Both the position numbers and the translations under genes were made by a program. This document shows positions 30,834-44,840 of a stretch of DNA of 64,000 nucleotides, piece by piece. Every line of letters starts with the position of its first letter. Positions within the stretch are counted from its first letter, which is position 1. The DNA comes from the human T2T-CHM13v2.0 reference genome, Homo sapiens. The stretch lies in NCBI RefSeq assembly GCF_009914755.1, contig NC_060938.1; one strand, given 5' to 3'. Below the pieces are notes generated by a model. It was not told the origin of the DNA. It ran no database searches and was given only the letters and a program-made list of their open reading frames with translations.

Positions 30834-33649
30834 GCCACTCTGTTTTGGGAGAAGGGAAGGCACAGAAGACTAACAGCTGCCGGGTACATCCTATATGCTG
30901 GGCAGGTGCTAAGAACCGTGTTGAACCTGTATGACAGTGCTGCTAGGTTGGAATTCACTTCTGTATTACAGAGGTTAAATCACACGGCCACATGGCCAAG
31001 GTCCTACAAACTGCCAGTGTATGGCAGAGCTAGAATTCAAACAAGGGGCTCTTTTGCTCCACAACGCGCGCTCCCCCACCGTGCTACCCTTCCTGCCACC
31101 ATCCTGGGCAATTCCAGGGCTCGTTCCTTCCCCCTTGGCCCCTGTCCCTCTGGAATGGCAGAGAACCTCCATCAGATCTGTGCCACAAGCGCCATGTGCC
31201 CCAGGAGCCCCGGGTTAGGGCCATTTGGCACCGTTCTTCTCTGCCAATGTCCGGTGCTCTCCTGACTCTGCTCCCGTCTCCTGTGCCTGCCTTTCCCCCA
31301 TCACAGTTCAAACCATCTGAGTCCAGTGGTGTCAGCAAACTGCCTCTCTGAAAGAGAAAAAGGCCTTGATTTGTGGCGCCTGCCAATTTCCGTGGTATAA
31401 ACACTTCCACCATGGCCGATTCCAAGCTACCGAGGTGATGTCATTGTGGGTGGAGCCAGGGAGAGGTGAGAGGAAGGGACATACTGGCATCAGCTGCACT
31501 GCATGCAAGTGTGAACCAGCAGGACCTGCAAGAGGCACTGGCACTAGAGCAGAGACAACACAGAAGACACAGGTGACACTGGATGTCACAAAACACACTG
31601 ATCCCATCATCCAAAGCACACTGTCGTCTTGATGGTTGAGGGGAGCAACACAAAAATACTATCCTTTTCAGTGTTGAGGATTCAGAAAGGGAAAGGAGAT
31701 ACATTTTCTTCTATCACAGAACAATGGAACGAGGAGAGGCTCAAAGCATCATTGAAACATCCTCAGAACACTTCCCACATCTAGAAAAATGAGAAGGCTC
31801 TGTCTCCTCCCATTCAGGCTCCAAACGGTGGCTCAGCAACACAGCCTTCTGAGCTTGATTTCCCTACAGCCAATTTCCTTGTAAACTGGGCTGTGTCCAT
31901 GTCATACTTGCTGGTGGGTGTGTGGGCGTCTGAGTGGCAGTAAGGGTAGCTGGTGGGGGCTGCTGGCGGCAAGGAAGGTGAGATTCTAGCTGGCTTTCTT
32001 TGATCATTGCAAAGGCAGAAGCAGATTTGTCACCTTTGTGTAATATATCAGGCAGCAGGTAAAGAATTTAACAGCTTGTGGCAGTTCTAATTAGAGAGCC
32101 AATTATAACTCAATTGACCTGCCTTGCTTTGAAAGGCCTGGAAAAATGCATGTTGTCCTCAGGAAGAGGCAGATTTTGCTTCTAGTTTGTTCTGGGAGAT
32201 CCCCGCAGGGATCGCTCACTTGCGCTTTGGTTCTGGCCCCATGCATCTGTGTGGTGCGGGGTGCCCTGATGTAGAGAATGAGAGAGAACCTGCAGGGACA
32301 CTGATCCTGCAGTGGGCATGCTCCGCTCCTCTGTTTATGAAGAAAGACGCGGCATCACATCTCACTGGCTCCCCCGAGGGGCTGGGCCGGCAGCTTCTGC
32401 TTCACTCAGAAGGTCACTGGCCAGCATTCAACTGGATCTAATCAAGACTGAACTGGCAAGGGTGGACCCCAGGCATACTGTACATGTGTGCACGTGTGTG
32501 TGCATGTCCAAGATTCCCTTCAGGAGCAGTCACTGTTGTTATGGGCTTGGGGTCACCCACTGTCCCCTGAGGGATGGACACCTGGCAAGAGAATCAGGTT
32601 TCAAACAGGCATAAAGAGGGGACGCTTCACATTTCTCCTGAGAACCAAGGTGCGGCATTTGTTGTTAGACACCACTGAAGTCTCTCTGGCTCACACATGT
32701 GATCACATCTAATTTTCCCACAGCCCGGTGGGATGAACACCATCGTCCCCACATACAGAAAGAAAAACTGAGGCCCAGAGAATCGACATGACTTGCCCAA
32801 GGGCCCCAGCTCCTCCCTGTGGAAGCCGTTTCTAATTCAAGCCACTTCTGCTCCTGACACTTATCCAAGAGTGATTTTGCTGAGACCCTTCCTGTGCACG
32901 GTGGCTTGGTGGACATCATATAAACCATGGCAGGGAAGAGGGCTGGCTACAGCCCTAAGCTGAGAGCAGACTGGGGCTGTGGAAACAGGAGGGTTGGCGA
33001 GTCTGGCAAAGCCAGCCCCAAATGCTTGCTATAGCTGGGATTAGCAAGGTGGACTGAAAAAACGTATGAACATCAGAACCTACCTGTCCTCAGGAGCCTC
33101 ATTTCCCTCCTGCTCCCCAAACGTGGGTGCTCCTTGGGTTCTGTCCTAGGCCCTTTCTCTTTCCTGCTCTCTGGAATTTATATCTCAGGCAGTCTTGTCT
33201 CCTCCCATAGCTTCGGGTACCATGTACCAGCTGCTGCTGCCCCCAAAACCATCGCCCCAGCCCGGCCATGCCCCAACCTCCAGACCTACCCTGGCTGGAA
33301 GAGGCAACCTTTCCAGGAAAAACCCCGGTCAGCCCACCTCCACACAGCCAACCAGACTTGCCATCACCCTTCGTTCAGTACCTTCCCCTCCCTCTGTGTC
33401 CCCTCATGTTCGTGAAGGCATCTTACCCAACCAGGCTCCTGAACCATGTGCCTGAGTCAGCCTCAAACCCTCTGGTTCCCTCACCAACCCTTGTGAAGTC
33501 TCCCTTTTCAATACTCCCACCTTGGACTGTCAACGTGTTATGACAAGCTGAGTCCAGACCTTAGTGTCTCTTACTTTTCACCTAACCTATCCTCCACAGC
33601 TTCCAGTGCAATCTCTCTAAAATGCAGACCTAATCACATTCACTCACTT

Positions 33650-33970
33650 GTTTAAACTGTATCTTGAAAAAGTTCCAACCTGCAGAAAAGCAGCTAACAA
33701 AATGGACATCTCTAGACCTACCACCTACATTTAACAACCATTCATCTTTTCTGTATCTGCTTCATCTGTTGGAGGCAAAGGCTAGTATTTTAAAGTAAAT
33801 TGCAGGCACTGTGACATTTTACCCCTAAATACTTCAGGATGAATCTCTAAAAAATAAGGACATTTCCTTATATAACCATGTAACCATATCCCACCTAACA
33901 AAATGAACAGTACCTCCATTCCATCATCCACTAGCCTTTCCACACTCAAACTTGCCCGAATGTCCCATGC
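33650..33970 (-). mobile_element. L1MC-like 3' fragment
   Basis: cccctaaatacttcagg...ctaaaaaataaggacatttccttatataacca is typical of the L1MC4/5 3' end. Confidence 0.6.
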
Positions 33971-35300
33971 ATAAGCCACCTCCAAAAGCTGGCTTATTGC
34001 CTATGTCAACTCCACCTGTCTTCCCACTTGTGGGAGAGTCTGCGCCTCTACTCGGCTGCCAGCACTTGGCCCACAAACCACGAGCACAGACCCGCACCTC
34101 CCTCCCCCAACCCCTGCCGCACCATACCCTGCACATCTGTCTATCAGAGTCTCCTTGACAACCCTTATCCTCACTTGTATATGTTAACATCTCTCCCTAT
34201 AGCCTTTCAGTACCAGAGGGGAGGGACTAGGATAGAGTCATGTTAACATCCTCAGGTCCTAGTCCAGTATTGGACTCAAACTACATTATCTTACATGTAT
34301 CATCCCATTTAATCCCTCCAACAATCCTAGGAGGCTGCTATGCTGAATCAATAACTGGTGACTGAGTAAACGTGATGCTTAAAGGTAAAGCTCGAAGGAC
34401 ACAGGCATGTCTCGGAGCTACCACAGGTGCAGCTCCAGGCCACTGTAATCAATCAAATGTCACAATCGAGCAAGTCCCAGGAACTTTTTGGTGTCCCAGT
34501 GCACCTAAAAGGTGTGTTTACACTACAGTGTGTCTATTAAGTGTGTAATACCATTATACCTAAAACAAGTGCATAACTTAATTACAAAACATCTTGTTGC
34601 TAAAAAATGTTAACAATCATGTGACCCTCAGCAAGTGATACGCTTTTTGCTGGTGGATGGTCTGGCCTCCATGTTGATGGCTGCTGACTGATCAGGGTGG
34701 TGGATGCTGGAAGGTGAGGCCCTGGGGCAGTTTCCTACAATAAGACAACAGTGGGTACAATAAGACTCACTGATGGACCCTTCCTTGGACAAAAGAGCTC
34801 TCTGTAGCATGTGATTCTGCTTAATAGCATTTTACCTACAGCAGAACTTCTTTCAAAGTTGGAGTCCATCCTCTCTAACCCTGCTGCTGCATTATCAATC
34901 AAGCTGATATAATATTCTAAATTCAACAATGTTCACAATGTCTTCACCAGGAGTAGATTCCATCTCACAAAAACACTTTGTTGCCTCATCCACAAGAAGC
35001 AATGCCTTATCCATTCAAGTTTTATGAGACTGCAGTAATTCAGTCACATCTCCGGGCTCCATTCTTGCTCTCTTGCTATTCCCACCACGTCTGCTGTTGT
35101 TTCCTCCAACAAAGTCTTGACCCCCTCAAAGTCATCCATGAGGGTCAGAATCAATTTCTTCCAACCTCCTGTTAATGTTGATATTTAGACCTCCTCCCAT
35201 GAATCATGGATGATCTTAATGGCATCTAGAATGCTGTATCCTTTCTAGAAGGTTTTCAGTTTACTTTGCCCAGATCCATCAGAGGAATCACTATCTATGT

Positions 35301-35732
35301 CTAAATCGCTCCTTGATCCATGGGCTGTAAAGTGGATGCTGTGTTAGCAGGCATGAAGATAACAGTCATCTCCTTGTACAACTCCAGCAGAGCTCTTGGG
35401 TAACCAAGTACATTGTCACTGAACAATAATATTTTGAGAGGAATCTTTTTCTCTGAATAAGTGTCAACAGTGGGCATAAAATAGTCATTGAACCATGCTT
35501 TAAACAGGTGTGCCATCATCCAGGCTTTCTTGTTCCATTTACAGAGCACAGGCAGAGTCAATTTCGCATAATTCTTAAGGGCCCTAGGATTTTCAAAACG
35601 GTGAATGAACACTGGCTTCAACTCAAAGTCACCAATTGCATCAGCCCCTAACAAAAGAACCAGCATATCCATTGAAGCTTTGTAGCCAGGCACTGACTTC
35701 TCCTTTGTAGCTATGAAAGTCCTAGATGGCAT
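35301..35732 (-). pseudogene. Tigger1 transposase remnant (DDE_1 / CENP-B-like catalytic region)
   Basis: ORF MPSRTFIATKEKSVPGYKAS...NPRALKNYAK...WNKKAWM...LLFSDN...FMPANTASTLQPMDQGAI; flanking frames are broken. Confidence 0.88.
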
Positions 35733-35777
35733 CTTTTTCCAATAGGAGGCTGTTTCATCTACATTAAAAAACTGCTG

Positions 35778-36082
<305 letters not shown>

Positions 36083-36317
36083 ATCTGTTGTTGACTATAG
36101 CCACCTTCTTAGCTGGATCTTCTGGATAACTTGCTGCAGCTTCTCTGTCTGCACTTGTTGCTTCACTTTGCACTTTTATGTTATGAGACAGCTTCTTAAA
36201 CCTCATGAACTAACGTCTGCTAGCTTCCAACTTTTCTTCTGCAGATTCCTCACCTCTCTCAGCCTTCAGAGAACTGAAGAGAGCTGGGAACTTGCTCTGG
36301 ATTAGGCTTTGGCTTAA

Positions 36318-36851
<534 letters not shown>

Positions 36852-37221
36852 AATCCTTTCTAGCTTTTGATTTAAAGTAAGAAACATGCCACTCTTCCTT
36901 TCACTTGAACACTCACAGGCCATTGTAAGGTTATTAATGATCCTCATTTCAATATTACTGTGTCTCAGGGAATAGGGAGGTCCAAGGAGAGGGAAAAAGA
37001 TGGCGGAACAGCTGGTCAGTGTAGCAGTCAGGACCACATTTATTAAGTTTGCTGTCTTATATGGGTGTGGTTCATGGTGCCCCCAAACAATTACAATAGT
37101 AATATCAAAGATCACAACAGATGTAATAATAATAAAAGAATTTTAAAATATTGTGAGAATTTCCAAAGTGTGACACAGAGAAACACAGTGAGCATGTGCT
37201 GTTGGAAAAATGGCACTGATA

Positions 37222-37530
<309 letters not shown>

Positions 37531-40500
37531 TCAATGCAAGGTTGCCACAAATCTTCAATTAGTAAAAAATGAGTATCTGCAAAGTGCAATAAGACAAAGG
37601 GCAATAAGACAAGGTGTGTCTGTGCCTGTACCCTCCTCCTTCACAAGCCCTTGGGGTGACTGACTAGTTGATGTTCTGAAAGACTCAAAAAAAGAAAAAA
37701 AAGAATGAAAACACTAACACCTGGAAAGGTATTTTAAGAGACAGTTGTTATATAAATACCACACAGATGAGAAAACGGAGGAAGCCAACTGGAGGAGGGA
37801 AGGGAGAGATCACGTGTCGTTCATCAGTGAACGTGGTGGGCAGTAAAGCAGGCAAGGCCCATGGGGTGGGGAATTTCCTACTGGGGCAAAGTGGTCTAGA
37901 GCCCTGGAACCCTGGCAGAGGCTCCCCTTTAGCTAAGGAGTTCTCTAAGGGCTTTTCCAAAGCTCTCAGTGACTTGGAGTGTTCTGGACATTGAGGCCCT
38001 CAGACCTTGGTTGGTTTGTTCCATTCTCTCCTTTCCCCAGGTGATTGCTGAGGCCTCCGGGAGCCAGGTAACAGGGAAGGCCACCTCCTGACCCCAGACT
38101 GGGCTTGCACCAAACGCTCTGGGTGGAGCCTCACACAATTGCACTCTCATTCCTTGGTCAGCTGCACTCATCAATTTGAAAGGGGAAGGCGGGGGCGGGG
38201 AGGGGTGGTCTCCAGGGCCAGGGCCCAGAGCAGGCATCCGTGGATCTGTGCAGGGGAGAGAGGCCTGCCTTGGCTCCAGGTCAGCACCCCGCAAGAGCCT
38301 GAGGGTTTTAGACTTGGTGATTCTTGGTAGATCTGTCTTCCTTCCTCCTAAGCAACCCCACCTTGGCAACATGAGTGCCAAAGGCTAACCTGGAAACTTC
38401 TCTGTATCCAAATGAGCTCGTCTATCGACGCTGAGGCTGGCAACTCAGGCACGTCCTGGGCTCAGGGCAGCTGTGAGTGCAGGCATGCCACACAGCAGGG
38501 AGAGACACATCTAGGCGGGTAAGGGGCAAGAAGAGACACAAAGACTTCTTTCTAGTGGAGAGCGAAAGAGAAAGGCGCCAAGCTCAGTGGATGCTGCATG
38601 ACCACGAGACCTAGAGCTGGGGCTGTCTGAGCCTCGGAGAACAATGAGAAACTCCCCCCGTCCATCAGAGTGGAGACAAAGTTCTCTAGGGCAGCGTTAG
38701 CCCTGGAGGAGTTCAGAGAGCTGATCTCTTTTACCTCCATCCCCACCCCCATCTCAAGAAGGCAGGTGCTAGTCTCCCATTTTACAGATAGGAAGAGTGG
38801 ACATGAAACCTTCAAAAGCGATGGAGTCAGGATTCCTGGTGGGTTGGCCACTCACTGCTCTGGACCCTTGGTGAGTCCCTTCCCCTGTCTGGCCTCCGCT
38901 TCCCCATCTGTAAAAGGGGGTGATTAGATTAGCGCATTTCAATGGGATTCTCAGTCTGCAGTGCCTCTAACTCTCTGGTGAGTGTCAGGTCCAAAGGTTT
39001 CCATCTGCAACCGGTCCGTTTTAGGGACTCAGCCTCGATGCTGGGAGAGACTTCTTACAGGATATTCTCCCTAGACCTTTGGGCTCAGTGATTTAAACTC
39101 GGTCTGAAGGTCCAGATCACACGTGGGGTTGACACGGCCCAAAGAGAGCCCCCGAGCCCTCAATGGGGAGTCTCTGGGACCAGCACCAAATGGTGGGAAA
39201 GCAATTCAGGCCCAAGATGACTTGGAAGCAGCAGGCCCAGTTGGCACAGAATGCCACATTCTGAGTGACAGCCATCCCCTCTGGCTGAGTTCAGAGGCAG
39301 GCGGTGTGGGGGATGGGGGTGGCTGAGGAATGAAAGGCAGCAGCAGGGCTAAAATCCAGGGAGGTGGGAAGTAAGGAGCGGGAATCGGGACCAGAATCTG
39401 AGAACACAGAACAACCCACAGAAGTGAAAACGAAAGGCCTGATTCAAGCTAGGGAGCAAAGCAGGAAGGAGGTGGAACCTCAATGTCAAATCACACTGAA
39501 ATAACGGGGCAGAATTTCCAAGAATAAATGGTTCGGCTAGAGTATGTCAGATTTTAAATGATTTTAGATCATAATTACTAATGACAGACTGAACTGTACT
39601 GCCCGTAATTAGTCATCTAAGACTCCAAGACAGAAAACAGAAATAAACACAGCATTCATTTTTTCCTTAAGCTGAAGCAAAGGAATGCCTAGTGACAAAA
39701 GGCACCGCATGCTTGCATTTCAGAGCCTGCCCTGGGCCCATGAAGCTTCTGGGTCTGTGGCTTTAGTCCTCGGTGAGGACAGGGTGGCCTGGTGCCATGC
39801 CTCCCTGGCCAGCACTGAGAAAAATGCTGCAGTGGTAGGAGAAATCCAAGCACCAAGCAGAAAATGTCTGCAGAGACTATCCCTGTGCCAAATGATGTTG
39901 TTTTGAGCAGGAGGGTTGCTGGGGAGAGGTGGGCAAGTAACCAAACAGGAGTCATGTGGATGGACGGCAGAGGTTCTTATTCCCAGGGACATTCCTTTTA
40001 CTCCAAGGAGGACACAGATGCTCAAGAAGGAGAAAATATTATAAGCTAAAAAAGTGCAGTTTCAAAAGGATGTGAGGAAATAGCTTACATCATAAGAAAA
40101 CTTCCAGTTACCTGATTCTCACCTCACACCTGTTCCACCAGTACCTCCCCCCACTCAATCCTCTCCACTGGGTTTGCCCCTCTGATGGGATTTGACAGGC
40201 CCATCTTTAATTGGTTATTGCCATCGCTATCACCTGCAGCCTCAAAGACAAGGTGGCAGGCACTGCAAACCCAGTGAGACCCGCATGGTCTCCATATCTC
40301 CTCCCCAGAGGAGCCCGCCCTCCTTAAGGCAGTGGTGAAAGCCATGAAAAGGCCTCGGTGCTGTGGAAAGCAGGGGAGGCTGCTTTCATCTAGGTTTGGG
40401 GTAAGGGTGGAGGCAACAGAAGAAACTCCCTCTCCCCGGACCAGGATGGGAGGAAGATCCTGCCTTGTACCGACACTGTGATCACAATCTACAGAGGGAA

Positions 40501-41919
40501 CCGCCATATGCAGGGCTGAGGCTGTGTCCCAAGTCACCATCCAGGGATGAGAGTGTGTCCCAACAGACGACTGGGGAGTGACTAATAGAAACTCCACTAG
40601 CTGAGAATTCATCTGACCTGAGGGAGGAGGGGCCTGATGTCTAGCCTAGAGGGCAAGCTCCTCTGTGGAGGAGGGCAAGAGAGCACAGGGGGTCTGGCCC
40701 AGGAAAAGTGCAAATCCTTATAAATCATCATTTTGGTTTCTGGTTGGGAACTCAGTCTGTCAAGAGTGTGATTAGTGTGAGTCTGTTTCTCAGAGGGGGA
40801 TCTTGTCTGAGTGAACTGAGAGAACAGAAGGACCAGGCCTTGGAGTCCTGTGAAGCCAACAGACACCTGAGCCTAGACATGCCTGCACCTGGACACGCCT
40901 GCGCCTGGACATGCCTACACAGGGACATAACAGCCCTCAGGCAGGTGCCTGCCCCCTGAGCCTCTCTCAGCTGTGATTGCCCATGTGGACAGAGAGCAAG
41001 CAGCCAGGGACACACATGTGGCCAGGGGAGACTCTGCAGGCTCCAGCAGGGCACTGTTCCACAGTAGTCTCTGTCGAAGGATAGTGACGCCCATGCCTTC
41101 CAAATGGGATACAGAGTCTGACAAGGAAGAGTATGCCTGGGGTCAACAGGGCTGAGTGTATGAACTTGGGGGTGGTGGTGACTCCCTCCACCAAGGGCCC
41201 TCAAGCACAGGCTCTCCTCCAGCCTTTTCCCATGTTCAGGCCCGGAGTCAACACTGCAGATCAGCCTGGGGACCCGGCTGTACCCAGCACACTGAGTGAG
41301 AGCCCCACTTACAGCCTAGCAGGGCCTCCCTGAGGTCTGGCTTGTAATACACTGACATCCCACTGTGCTGGAGTGTTCCATTAATCAGCCTGACCAAGCC
41401 TCGTGATCTCATGTCAAATCACATGGCTGCATCATCCAATCCTGCCTCGAAGTCATTTCCCGCACTCATTTGGTCAGCAAAGGCTGTGCCAAGGCCAAGC
41501 CAGCAAACACTCAAAGCCTCTGCACCAAGGCAGGAGCCCTGGCTGGAGAGAAACAGCTGGTTCTGATGACCTCTGCTCAAAATCCAACACTTTCTATCTC
41601 CGCCTAGGAACAAATCACCCCAGGGGCCTCCACCAATGCACTCTCCCACCCTTTTCCACCTCAAAACCAGGGCCCTGGCTCTGCAGAAACAGGCAGCAAG
41701 TCACACTCAAAAGCGAAGCATCGTGCTCGCGGCCGACCACGCACCGAGATATATTCTCATTTCGGCTCCTCCAACCAGTGAAAGTCAGTCACGCTGGTGC
41801 AGAAAGGGAAGCTCCATGGGGCCAGGAGATGACTCACTCACTGTCAAACAGACGCAAAGGATCTCCCAGCCCAGGCGCGACCTGGATTACAGAGAATGAC
41901 AGCGACACTCAGAGCTGAT

Positions 41920-42120
41920 ATTTGCGGAGTGTGAGGCACCCTGCTAACTCATTTAACCCGCACAGCAACACCACCGGGCACTGTTATTACTCCCATTTCA
42001 CTGTCGAGAAAAATGGAAGCACAGAGAGATGAAGGGACTTATCTCGGGGTACGCAGTTAGTAAGCGACACAGCTGGGACTGGAACCCAGGCAGCTGGCGC
42101 CAGCACCGTGCTCCCGATCT
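41920..42120 (-). mobile_element. MIR (CpG-retaining)
   Basis: aactcatttaaccc...ttattactcccattt...gcacagagag...gggactggaacccaggcag. Confidence 0.7.
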
Positions 42121-44498
42121 TTCCACCGCCTGTCACTGAAGCTCTGGGTTCCTAAGGGACCACACCAACATACGATTTCACGACTTTCTTGTTCTGCTTC
42201 TGCTCCTAACTTACAGGTGACCTGGGGCAGGTGACCAACAGCAGGGTCCCCATCAGTAAACAAGAAAGTCCCCTCTCACTGTGTACTAGGAGAGCACACG
42301 CAGCAGACACGACATATGAGGCTTCAAAGTTCTTTGTAGAGAAAGGTAATCCTTAAGCCAAGTATCAATAATTGTTGAAAGGGCTTCACACAGCTATCGA
42401 AGAAGCTAAAACTATCAAGCAGCTATCGAAGAGTGTGTGTCACCAGACAGAAGACAGAGCAAAGATCGAAGATGAAGTGTCCAGTAGGAGGCATCCAGTA
42501 GGAGGCACTACTTTGTCCTCGGCACTGTGAGTTGGAACTGCAGTTATAGCGAGGAAAGGCAAGAGAGAAATGAGGGCCTGTGCACTTTTCAGGGTCCTCT
42601 CAACAAGCACATGGACGCATTGGAAGGCTGGGCACTAAATACTTCATAAGCCTTGCTCTAGAGGAAAAAAAAGTTATTCTCCTCAATTTGGAAAACATTT
42701 TTTAATTATGAAAGAAAGCAAAATACAATTAACAGATGAAAAGGCCTTCTCACTGGACTATCATGAAGTTTTGTTTCCTGCCAGTCATTCTTTCTATGTA
42801 TGGAAAGAAAACTGATACTTCGGATGAAAGAGATCCACGTCTAAAGATGGCCATTTGAAAGCGGGAAGGGTATTTCAAGTCTATTTCATCAGCTTAATTG
42901 GGCCTGGGCCTTATCCAGAGGAACAGAAGGGTTCAAAAGATGTCTTCTGAAGACGTTTCTCCAAGGGAAAACTGCAGATGTGCCAATGCGTGAGCCTGTC
43001 CTGCCTGTCTGGATCCTGGGTAGCCCTCACTAGGCTGATGGATAAACTGGACAGACACACAGACACCGAGTGCCAGTTTCTGGAGGAGCCCCCTGGGAAG
43101 TTCATCATCTTCATGCTGAATCTCTCCTCCCACAGGGACACAAACTGGAAAACATGGTGCCAACTAAGAAAATAGGAGACAGCAATTTTTCCCAAATCTC
43201 AATGAACAGATGGACAATTTAAGAGACGAGAGAGAGAGAAAAACACCAGTGTTTTATAATTTAGCAATGCCAGGCAAGCCGAAGCTCACCTTTTTCCCTC
43301 GATTCCAGCCCTCTCTGCCATACTTCCAGCTCATCACGCATAATGGGATGAGATGTTTTCACACAGCAAACAAGCATGTAAACTGGAAGACAGTTTAAAG
43401 AAAGCTCCGACTTCAGGCCCCTCTTTGAACTTCAGAAGAGCCACCTTCTCAGAGTGGTGTCGTTAGTCAGCAGTGTCGTTAGTCAGCCTTTGGAGCTGTT
43501 AAAACAACTGAAAATGTAGTCATAATCCATAAGACATATCCACTGCACCTCACATCGTGGGGCCATCTCCCAAACCTACCATCAATCTGCCGCACCTTCG
43601 GGTATTTCATAAGAAAATGCATTTTTCAAACAGCTCGGCCAATCTCTGCAAGTCTTCTGCTACTAATGTAGTCCCTTGAAATAGAACGGCAGAGCCAGTC
43701 CTCAAGTTTTTATATTTGATGTTATTCCAGATTTCTGATGTTTCAGAGAACAGAAGATCATAGAGGAACTCCTCAAAGACAGCCTGTGTATGAAACCTTT
43801 AGCCTGCAGCCATCTTGATTGAACTAAGAGGTTTTCTTGTCTCACAATCCGTCCACAGAAGACAAAAGAGCACTTTTGGGCCCACCATGCCCGGAACAAA
43901 AAGCTTATTCTATTATTAGATTGACCCCTTATGGTAACCTGAAAAATGTGTTTTTCCACCAAGCAGCGCTCCTGATCCAAGCTCCCTGCCAAATGCTTCC
44001 CATGCTCCACTCCACTCCCAACCCACCACACCTAAGACCCCTCCAGATGAGGCACATGGCCCCCAGCGTACTCTTTGGGCCAACTGCCTCAGCCCAACCC
44101 CTAGCCACCGCCCGTCTCTCCTCCCCATCACTTTCCCCTTCTCCTTGGTGAGCTTCACCAGTGGTCTTTTATCACTACTTCCTTGGGGCGGGGGTTGGGG
44201 GGCAGTGCGTGAAACACAGCCCCTCTGCCATCTTCTCACAAAGGGCTGATGGCTTTCTGTCCCTTTCCAGGCCCTCAGCCTTGCCTTGGAAACTTCATTT
44301 AAGGGGATGGCCCCTTCATGCTTTTAATCTAGATTTCGTCACTTCTCAGCATTGGCTGTGAAATATAATGGCCTCCGTCCTAGCCTTGGGGAATGCTCAT
44401 CCTGCAGGTGGACGCAGCAGTTCTCCTCCTTCCCCACTGCAGGGTGGGGGCTCCATCTCACTGCTGTCCCGATGCTCTTTCCATGGTTCTCAGTGCAT

Positions 44499-44840
44499 GG
44501 TCCCTCTCCGGCTCACGGTCCCTCTCAGCTCACGGTCCCTCTCCGGCTCACAGGCCCTCTCCGGCTCACGGTCCCTCTCCGGCTCACGGTCCCTCTCAGC
44601 TCACGGTCCCTCTCCGGCTCACAGGCCCTCTCCGCCTCACGGTCCCTCTCAGCTCACGGTCCCTCTCCGGCTCACGGTCTCTCTCAGCTCACGGTCCCTC
44701 TCCGGCTCACGGTCCCTCTCCGGCTCACGGTCCCTCTCCGGCTCACGGTCCCTCTCAGCTCACGGTCCCTCTCTGGCTCATGGTCCCTTTCGGGCTCATG
44801 GTCCCTCTCTGGCTCACGGTCCCTCTCGGCCCACAGGCCT
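44499..44840. repeat. CpG-rich minisatellite, 17/18-bp unit (gctcacggtccctctccg / gctcacggtccctctca), ~19 copies
   Basis: Directly visible; explains the repetitive ORFs at 44352-45087. Confidence 0.95.

Noticed and set aside
35301-35732. Domesticated TIGD-type gene
   Set aside because: The transposase frame is fragmented by stops and interrupted by Alus; it is a decayed Tigger1.
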